Assembly: GCA_050012495.1 (NCBI GenBank)
Contig: JBEKHB010000001.1
Coordinates: 11,304 to 75,303, forward strand
DNA length: 64,000 bases
DNA from: Syntrophorhabdales bacterium
Lineage (GTDB): Bacteria; Desulfobacterota; Syntrophorhabdia; Syntrophorhabdales; WCHB1-27
Reading direction: 5' to 3'
Numbering within the stretch: the stretch's first letter is position 1; each line of letters opens with the position of its first letter. The position numbers and the translations under genes were made by a program. The notes under the pieces are model-generated. The model saw only the letters and a program-made list of their open reading frames with translations. It searched no databases and was not told the DNA's origin. This document shows positions 57,065 to 64,000 of this stretch, in pieces.

Positions 57065-58611
57065 ATGCGAGAGCAAGGCACACCGCGGAGAACCAGTCCG
57101 GCGACCTGTCGGCATGGGGCCTGAAAACAAATGAAGAGGGCCATCTTTCGGTAGACGGGCGGGACGTCCTCGAACTCATCCGCCGGTTCGGGTCGCCCCT
57201 CTTCGTGGTAAGCCGCCCGCGCCTGGAAAAGGACGCTCTTGAGATAAAAAAGGCGGTCGAGGAGCTCATTCCCGGCTCCATGGCGTTTTACTCCTACAAG
57301 ACAAACTGCGTGCCGGCCATCCTTAAAGAGATCCATACGCTGGGCCTGGGGGCCGAGGTGATTTCCCCCTATGAGCTGTGGCTCGCCGCAAGCCTCGATG
57401 TCCCCGGCAGCATGATCGTCTATAACGGCGTAAATAAAACGGCAGAGAGCATCGCTATGGCGGCGGAAATGGGGGTGCTCGCAGTAAATGTCGACCATGT
57501 CGAGGAGATTGAGAGGCTCTATGGAGTGGCAAGAGGGCGGAAAAGGAGGATCGGCGTCGGGATCAGGCTCGCTCTGAAGGCTTCACAATTCGGTATGGAA
57601 ATCGCGAATGATGAAGCCATGGACGCATGCCGGAGAATCTTGCGGCTGTCGGACTACCTCGACCTCAGGTGCGTCCATTTCAACGTGGCGAGCAATGCGA
57701 AAAACGCTGCCTTTCATAAGTCCTGTGCGCTTCGGGCAATGGAGTTCATCGCACAGGTCAAAAAGGAAACGGGAAGAGAGATCGCCTGTCTCGACATAGG
57801 AGGCGGCTTCGGGGTACCCACCAGCAAAAATATGTCCGGCGTGGAATACGCCCTCTACCGCGGCCTGGGCCTGCCGCCCTCCCCCCCAAAGCCGGAAGAC
57901 GCACAATCTATCGGCCTGTTCATGAAAGAGATCGCGACTGTCCTCAAGGGCTTTTGCGCGGACAGGAACGTGTTGTTGCCCAAGCTCCTTGTGGAGCCAG
58001 GCCGGTTCGTCACAAGCAGGTCCGAGACGCTCCTCACCACAGTCCTCACGATAAAGAAGAAGCCCGGCGGCAAGACCTTTGCCATAACTGACGTGGGCAG
58101 GTTGTCGGTGGGGTTCCCCTGCGATTTTGAATATCACCGGCTCTTCGTCGCGGACCGGCCGCATGCGCGGCCGGTCCGATGTTATCAGGTGATGGGGCGG
58201 GTATGCACCTCGGCTGACTGGCTTTTCAAAAACCTCTACCTGCCTGAGTTGAAGGCGGGGGATGTACTGGCGGTCATGGACGCCGGCGCCTACTTCTCTT
58301 CCTATTCATCCAATTTCGCTTTCCCTCGTCCCGCTATTGTGATGGTCTCGGACGGCAGGGAGAGCATCATCAGGAAAGAAGAGAGCTTCGAGCACCTCAC
58401 GGCGGTGGACAGGCTGGATACCGGGTTGCATTCAAAGGCACATCGAGGCGGCGACGAAGAGCCGACGCAGGCGTACGTCGTTGTACGTCAAGGAAAGCGA
58501 CGAGGAGCCAACAAAGATGGGGCGAAGAAGGCGACCTGGTATGACCCGGGCGCGGAGTTTCATCCATTGTCCGTGCAGCCGGCTGCAAGGGAGGGAACGT
58601 GTCATCAGTAA
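57055..58611 (+). CDS. Fold-type III PLP-dependent decarboxylase (LysA-like, divergent)
   Basis: YSYKTN (PLP Lys), SQFG, LDIGGGF, EPGRF, GRVCTSAD, DAGAY. C-terminal extension beyond the usual family end. Confidence 0.85.
   Translation: MFINARARHTAENQSGDLSAWGLKTNEEGHLSVDGRDVLELIRRFGSPLFVVSRPRLEKDALEIKKAVEELIPGSMAFYSYKTNCVPAILKEIHTLGLGAEVISPYELWLAASLDVPGSMIVYNGVNKTAESIAMAAEMGVLAVNVDHVEEIERLYGVARGRKRRIGVGIRLALKASQFGMEIANDEAMDACRRILRLSDYLDLRCVHFNVASNAKNAAFHKSCALRAMEFIAQVKKETGREIACLDIGGGFGVPTSKNMSGVEYALYRGLGLPPSPPKPEDAQSIGLFMKEIATVLKGFCADRNVLLPKLLVEPGRFVTSRSETLLTTVLTIKKKPGGKTFAITDVGRLSVGFPCDFEYHRLFVADRPHARPVRCYQVMGRVCTSADWLFKNLYLPELKAGDVLAVMDAGAYFSSYSSNFAFPRPAIVMVSDGRESIIRKEESFEHLTAVDRLDTGLHSKAHRGGDEEPTQAYVVVRQGKRRGANKDGAKKATWYDPGAEFHPLSVQPAAREGTCHQ
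58451..58512. repeat. Direct repeats flanking a GTAC palindrome (REP-like element) in the decarboxylase 3' end
   Basis: GCGACGAAGAGCCGAC (58451-66) and GCGACGAGGAGCCAAC (58497-512) around CGTAC-gtcgtt-GTACG. Confidence 0.55.
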
Positions 58612-59798
58612 TCGTGACGAACGGCAAGAACAGGATCGCCTACAACATCGTGCGGAGCCTCGCAAAAAAAGGGATAAAAGTCTACTGTGCCGATTACGTG
58701 CCGCGAGCCATGTGTTTTGCATCCCGCTTCTCCAGGGGCCATTTTGTCTACCCCTCACCGTTCCGTGATCAGGCGGCGTTTATCAAATGCCTGGTTGAGA
58801 ATAGCGGCCGCCTCAAGACGGACGTGGTCATACCCGTGCACGAGGAAACGTTCGTGCTGGCTAAATTCATGCACCTGCTTCCGAAAGAGATGAAACTTGT
58901 GCTCCCCGATTACGAAAAGGTCCTCCTGGCCCACAACAAGGACAGGTGGACCGGGATTGCGCGCGAACTCGGCATACCTGTCCCGCCGTCCTGTTCCATC
59001 GATGAGGTGAGAAGGGGCAGCGGAATCGCCGGAGCGTTGCGCTTCCCGGTCCTTATCAAGCCCAGCCAGGGGGGAGGCGCGTGGGGCATAACGCAGGTCG
59101 ACTCACGGGATGACCTGCTGGCCATGGTCGAAAGGGAGACATATCTCGACCGGCCGTGGGACCGCTTCTTCGTTCAGGAAAAGATAGAGGACCACGATAC
59201 GGTCTGCGTGGCGATGCTGGCAAAAAAAGGCGGGATACGGGCAAAGATCGCCTACAGGCAGATCAGGGACTTCCCCGCGAAGGGCGGTCAGGCCACTTTT
59301 CGGATAAGTCTGCATCACGAGCAGGCGGAATACTACTTCCAGCGGCTGCTGGAAACGCTGGAGTGGCACGGGGTCTGCCAGGGGGATTTCGTTGTCGACA
59401 GAAAGAGCGGCGTCCCCTATCTTATCGATATCAACCCGCGATTTTGGGGATCCCTCACCCAGGCCATCGCCTCGGGCGTCGACTTCCCCTATCTCGTTTA
59501 CCGGATTGCAATCGATGGCGACGTGGCGCCGGTCACGGATTTCCGGGACGGGGTCATGACGCGGTGGGTCGGGGGCGACCTCATGACCCTTCTCCCCTCC
59601 CTGCGCCTTGCCAAGGAGAAGCTGAGCTTCCTCCACCACTTTTTCTTTCCCGGCGCCGGTCCGGTTGTCTACGATGACTGGAGCGCCGCCGACCCTCTCC
59701 CGTTTTTTGTCTGGGCCCTTGATGCCCTTGCCAGGATGGTCAGCCACCGTTCGCTCACTCCGGCCCCGCACGATGCCCTGGAGGGGGTCTGGGCATGA
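58599..59798 (+). CDS. ATP-grasp carboxylate-amine ligase
   Basis: VRSLA..G, FPVLIKP..GGGA.G, FVQE, IDINPRFWGS, SGVDFP. Confidence 0.88.
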   Translation: MSSVIVTNGKNRIAYNIVRSLAKKGIKVYCADYVPRAMCFASRFSRGHFVYPSPFRDQAAFIKCLVENSGRLKTDVVIPVHEETFVLAKFMHLLPKEMKLVLPDYEKVLLAHNKDRWTGIARELGIPVPPSCSIDEVRRGSGIAGALRFPVLIKPSQGGGAWGITQVDSRDDLLAMVERETYLDRPWDRFFVQEKIEDHDTVCVAMLAKKGGIRAKIAYRQIRDFPAKGGQATFRISLHHEQAEYYFQRLLETLEWHGVCQGDFVVDRKSGVPYLIDINPRFWGSLTQAIASGVDFPYLVYRIAIDGDVAPVTDFRDGVMTRWVGGDLMTLLPSLRLAKEKLSFLHHFFFPGAGPVVYDDWSAADPLPFFVWALDALARMVSHRSLTPAPHDALEGVWA

Positions 59799-60979
59799 CC
59801 TCGATGAAAAAAGACCACCGCCCGAGGATAGCGTATATGGTCACACCGGTGACCTTTGGCGGCTGCGAACGGGTGAGCATGAACTATTTGAGGGTCGCCG
59901 ACAGAGAGAGGTTCGATATCACCCCAATCCTGTTCATCCGTCCGTGGGAGGATGAGCCCCTTTTTGCGGCTGAGCTGAGAAGCATGGGCTACTCCTTCCA
60001 TTCAGTCCCTGTCGGCATGACGCTGACGGGAGACTACCTTCGCTTTGCCCGTGCCGTCAGGATGGTTCTCGCCATACTCCGGCTGCACAAAATGGATCTG
60101 CTCCACACTCACGGCTACTTTGCCGACATTGCCGGCTGCATCGCGTCCCGGATCACACGACTTCCGCACATTGCCACCTCTCACGGGTTCATCAATACAG
60201 AGAAAAAATTGCGCTTCTACAACCGCATCGACTGCCTCGCTCTCAGGTTCAGCGAGAGAATAATCGCCGTGTCGGAGGGCATACGTCACGACCTCGTCCA
60301 CACTGGTGTCCGTCCTGAACGGATCACCGTGATACCGAACACGGTCGGCGCCGGTACCCCGGTTAACGGCAACGGCAGGGTCAGGCAGCTTCTCGGGCTT
60401 GGCAGGGAGGAAACAATTGCCGGATACGCGGGCAGGCTGAGCGTCGAAAAAGGGTTGGCCTATCTGCTGGAAGCGGTCAGCATCCTGAAAAGCCGGGGCG
60501 AGAAGTTCAGGCTCCTTATCCTTGGGGACGGTCCGGAACGGGGTGTGCTTGAGGAGATGACCCGGATGAAGGGCATTGCGGACATGGTGATCTTTGCGGG
60601 TTTCCAGGCTGACGTTGAAGAATGGCTCGGCAGTACAGACATCTTTGTCCTCCCCTCCTTGACCGAAGGCGCTCCGATGGCCCTCCTGGAAGCCATGTCC
60701 CTGGGACTTCCCGTACTCGCGACGGCAGTCGGAGGTGTGCCCCTCATGGTAGAGCATGGAGTAAACGGCTTGCTTGCCGCCCCCGGCGACCCGCAAAGCC
60801 TTTCCGAGGGGCTTTCCCTGCTCCTCCGCGATCCACCTTTTCGCAGAAAATTGGGCCGGGCGGCGCTCGACTTCACGAACGCCCATTGCGACATCATTGG
60901 CTGGCGGGAACGGATAGAAAATGAGTATGCGTCTCTCCTCACGAGCACATCGACCGTAAGAAAGGCGGCGACTGCATGA
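59795..60979 (+). CDS. GT4 glycosyltransferase
   Basis: GGCER, HTHG, GRLSVEKG, LPSLTEGAPMALLEAM. Confidence 0.92.
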   Translation: MTSMKKDHRPRIAYMVTPVTFGGCERVSMNYLRVADRERFDITPILFIRPWEDEPLFAAELRSMGYSFHSVPVGMTLTGDYLRFARAVRMVLAILRLHKMDLLHTHGYFADIAGCIASRITRLPHIATSHGFINTEKKLRFYNRIDCLALRFSERIIAVSEGIRHDLVHTGVRPERITVIPNTVGAGTPVNGNGRVRQLLGLGREETIAGYAGRLSVEKGLAYLLEAVSILKSRGEKFRLLILGDGPERGVLEEMTRMKGIADMVIFAGFQADVEEWLGSTDIFVLPSLTEGAPMALLEAMSLGLPVLATAVGGVPLMVEHGVNGLLAAPGDPQSLSEGLSLLLRDPPFRRKLGRAALDFTNAHCDIIGWRERIENEYASLLTSTSTVRKAATA

Positions 60980-62196
60980 GTCTCCAATCCTTCACGTCAG
61001 GCGGGCTCCAGCTCCTTATCGCCGCGCTTGCAGCGTACATCACCGCGAGCACCGGCTACCTTCTGGCCCTCGCCCTTGCTTATCGGGTAGTGCAAGAACC
61101 GGAAAAGCTCATCGCCCGAAAGACGTACAAATTTGCCGTCCTCGTTCCCGCCCATGACGAAGAGCTTCTCATTTCCGGCCTTTGCGAGAACCTGCGCGCC
61201 CTTGACTATCCTCAGGACCATTACCGGGTCTTTGTTGTCGCCGACAACTGCACGGACAGCACGGCCGAGCGCTGCCGCGTCTATCCGGTGAATCTCCTCA
61301 TCAGACGGGACTTGTCAAGAACGGGGAAGGGGCATGCCGTCGCATGGGCCCTGCAGCGGATACCGCTCGACGGCTTTGACGCGGTCTTCCTCATTGACGC
61401 GGACACCCTTGTAAACAAGCATGTCTTGACCGAGCTCGGCATGCTGCTCGACCGGGGTGAACAGGCCATCCAATGCTGCAACTCCATCGGCAACCGGGAC
61501 GAGAGCTGGTTCACCCGCATGCTTTTTGTGTCGCGGACCATCAACAATCTCCTCTACCATCACGCCAAATACAAGCTCGGCCTCTCCTCTCACCTCATGG
61601 GAACGGGCATGTGCTTCACCGCCGCGTTGATCAAAAAGAAAGGGTGGACAGCGTTCACGATCGGCGAGGACTGGGAATACTCGACACAACTGGCGGAGGA
61701 CGGGGTCAGGATAGCCTTTGCAAAGGACGCGGTCGTTCGTCATCAGGAATCGAGATCGCTTCACCAGGCAACGAGCCAACGGTTGCGGTGGTCCAGGGGC
61801 CGATTTTATGTTTCCGCGAAATTCGGCACAAGGTTGTTCTGGAGGGGGCTTTCGAGAAGGGACCCGATTCTCTTCGATGCCTCCCTCCCTCTTATCTTCC
61901 CCAATTATTCTTTGCTGGCAAACCTGACATGCCTGACCCTGATGCTCTGTCTGCTCCTGCCCCCAGGCGCCTTCAAACTCCCTGCCCTGGTCCTGGCACT
62001 TGGCCTCATCGCAGGGCAGGCTATCCTCTTCATTGCGGGGGTGTACCTCGCGGGGTCGTGGGCGACCACGTGTAAGGCCCTGTTGTATGTCCCACTCTTT
62101 CTGTCCTGGAAGTTCCTCATCGACTTCCTGAGCATCACGGGGTTGTACAACGGCAAAAAATGGGTAAGGACCAAAAGATACGCCGTAAAAGAATAG
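60976..62196 (+). CDS. Membrane GT2 glycosyltransferase with QxxRW motif
   Basis: PAHDEE, ADNCTD, GKG, IDAD, GED, QRLRW, flanking TMs. Confidence 0.9.
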   Translation: MSLQSFTSGGLQLLIAALAAYITASTGYLLALALAYRVVQEPEKLIARKTYKFAVLVPAHDEELLISGLCENLRALDYPQDHYRVFVVADNCTDSTAERCRVYPVNLLIRRDLSRTGKGHAVAWALQRIPLDGFDAVFLIDADTLVNKHVLTELGMLLDRGEQAIQCCNSIGNRDESWFTRMLFVSRTINNLLYHHAKYKLGLSSHLMGTGMCFTAALIKKKGWTAFTIGEDWEYSTQLAEDGVRIAFAKDAVVRHQESRSLHQATSQRLRWSRGRFYVSAKFGTRLFWRGLSRRDPILFDASLPLIFPNYSLLANLTCLTLMLCLLLPPGAFKLPALVLALGLIAGQAILFIAGVYLAGSWATTCKALLYVPLFLSWKFLIDFLSITGLYNGKKWVRTKRYAVKE

Positions 62197-62213
62197 ACGG
62201 AAAAACAACAGAC

Positions 62214-63362
62214 ATGACCGGAAACGGCAAAAAAATCAATCTCCTTTTTGTGCTGCTTCAGATGGCAACCGGCGGGGCCGAAAAGGTGGCCCTCACGATC
62301 GCGGAACACCTCGACCGGTCACTCTTCAGGGTCCATGTTGCCGGCTTTGAAGGCGGCGCTTTAAGGGACAGATTCAGCGAGGTGAGCGAGGCCGTCTTCC
62401 AGGTTCCGAGAAGAAATGGCCGGGATCTGAAGACAGTGCTTCTTCTCTCCAGGATCATCCGGGAAAACCATATCGACGTCATAAACTGCCATCATTACGC
62501 CGCCTTCTTCTATAGCTGGCTCGCGGCCCGGCTGGCGCGTGCGGGCACGATCGTCTACACCGAGCATTCAGCCGGTGAAGTGGAGGATATCCGCCATATT
62601 CACAAATTCCTGTGCAGCTCCCTATTCTTTAAGAAAACCGGTGCGATAGTGGGCGTTTCCCGGGAGATTGGCGACGCCTTCAGCACCAGGTTTCCCGGGC
62701 ACGGGAGGTTGGTGACGTCCATCCCGAATGGGATCGACGTGCAGAAATTTGCAGGTACGGGCAGGAGAGAGCAGGTACGGAACGCTTTCGGGATCGCGCC
62801 GGATGATTTTTTGATAGGGACAATCGCGAACTTCCGCCGCGTAAAAAACCACCTCTGTCTCTTGCGGGCGTTCACTCTCCTGGGGGCGGCCCGTCCCGGG
62901 ACCCGGCTCGTCTTCGTGGGCAGGGGTTATGCGGACGACGGGGAAAACTCGGAGAAAGAGGTGAGAGATTACGTGCAAACCTATGGATTGGAAGACCGGG
63001 TTCTCTTCGCCGGATACCGGGAAGATATAGCCGACATTCTCGAATCACTCGACCTTTTCTGTCTTCCGTCGGTCTCGGAAGGTCTCCCCGTCAGCGTCCT
63101 CGAAGCCATGGCCGCAGGCGTCCCCGTAGTGGGAAGTGACGTGCGGGGCATAAGAGAAGTAGTGCGCCACGGCCGCACGGGACTTCTCTTCCCCTCGAAC
63201 GATGCGACGAGCCTCGCCCGCGCCATCGAAAGCCTGATAGGAGACGTGCGGACGCGAACCCGCCTCACGGAAGAAGCTTTTTCCTACGTGCGGCTGGAGC
63301 ACGACCTGCGGCCATGGATCGCACGATACGAAAACCTTTTCCAAGGGTCCTTTCATGCGTAA
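62214..63362 (+). CDS. GT4 glycosyltransferase
   Basis: [32 protein letters not shown]. Confidence 0.92.
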   Translation: MTGNGKKINLLFVLLQMATGGAEKVALTIAEHLDRSLFRVHVAGFEGGALRDRFSEVSEAVFQVPRRNGRDLKTVLLLSRIIRENHIDVINCHHYAAFFYSWLAARLARAGTIVYTEHSAGEVEDIRHIHKFLCSSLFFKKTGAIVGVSREIGDAFSTRFPGHGRLVTSIPNGIDVQKFAGTGRREQVRNAFGIAPDDFLIGTIANFRRVKNHLCLLRAFTLLGAARPGTRLVFVGRGYADDGENSEKEVRDYVQTYGLEDRVLFAGYREDIADILESLDLFCLPSVSEGLPVSVLEAMAAGVPVVGSDVRGIREVVRHGRTGLLFPSNDATSLARAIESLIGDVRTRTRLTEEAFSYVRLEHDLRPWIARYENLFQGSFHA

Positions 63363-63511
63363 AACCCCCGAAAGCGGCAGAGCATCAACCTCCTTCACCC
63401 TACAAACGGCATGTATCCACCGCACCAAAGCTCCGCCTATCTGTTGTCCGGGCATACGACATATGCGACAAGACCGGAAAGTCCTGCCCTTCGCGCGATA
63501 AAGGAGATGAT

Positions 63512-64000
63512 ATGTGCGGTATCTTTGGAATAGTAGGCGACGCTCCTCTCGAAGCACAGCTCAGGCGCTCACTCGCCACGCTGAGCCATCGCGGCCCCGA
63601 CGGCAGCGGGATCTTTGTCTCGCCCGGTGTAGGGCTCGGCCATCGCAGACTGAGCATCATCGATCTGGAAGGCGGCACGCAGCCCATGTTCAACGAGGAC
63701 CGCACCAAGTGCGTTGTCTTCAATGGAGAGATTTACAATTTCCCGGAGCTGAGGAACGAGCTGCGTGCCAAAGGTCATCGCTTCACCACCAGGAGCGATA
63801 CGGAGACCATCCTTCATGCCTACGAGGAGTGGGGAGAAGCCTGCGTCGAGCGGATGGCGGGCATGTTCGCCTTCGCCATATGGGATGAGAGAGAAAAGGT
63901 GCTCTTCCTGGCGCGGGACCGTCTGGGCATCAAACCACTCTTCGTCGCGGATTACGGAGGCAGGTTCTATTTTGCCTCGGAAATCAAAGCCATCCTCGCT
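63512..64000 (+). CDS. asnB: Asparagine synthetase-like amidotransferase (3' truncated by window edge)
   Basis: MCGIFG...HRGPDGSG...[10 protein letters not shown]...QPM...FNGEIYNF...SDTE...RDRLGIKP, open to the window end. Not in the ORF track. Confidence 0.92.
   Translation, partial: MCGIFGIVGDAPLEAQLRRSLATLSHRGPDGSGIFVSPGVGLGHRRLSIIDLEGGTQPMFNEDRTKCVVFNGEIYNFPELRNELRAKGHRFTTRSDTETILHAYEEWGEACVERMAGMFAFAIWDEREKVLFLARDRLGIKPLFVADYGGRFYFASEIKAILA

Overview
A 64 kb bacterial surface-polysaccharide super-locus. The gene style and regulatory motifs suggest a Desulfobacterota/Syntrophorhabdus-like anaerobe, but this is inference. Two clusters point away from a ~2.8 kb control region (30.8-33.6 kb). 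The left cluster (minus strand, ~30.7 kb down to ~2.1 kb) encodes a secreted protein ending GGGGVASPSR, an outer-membrane beta-barrel, Wza, Wzc, a PHP phosphatase, an O-antigen-ligase-like protein, a TPR protein, a frameshifted beta-helix glycanase, a more AT-rich Wzx/Wzy/methyltransferase/glycosyltransferase cassette, and a PglF/PglE/PglC/PglA-like module. The right cluster (plus strand, 33.6 kb to the window end) resembles PEP-CTERM/exosortase-associated EPS loci: sugar transferase, DUF3473 deacetylase, FemAB-like protein, ligase, PLP decarboxylase and AsnB. It also carries a branched amino-sugar module with DUF4910 and a Wzm/Wzt ABC exporter. The control region holds three tandem excisionase/BldC-like HTH paralogs with no integrase, plus a stand-alone receiver protein. 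The strongest sequence-level observation is a duplicated cis-module with nearly fixed spacing: YGTAAA-N7-GACR box, then a sigma-54-like -24/-12 element, then a homologous long leader ending in an ops-like GGCGGTAGnnTG. A third ops-like site faces the left cluster. Heptanucleotide tandem arrays sit in frame inside several genes and at gene junctions, sometimes as complementary pairs. No rRNA, tRNA, CRISPR array or intact transposase was seen.
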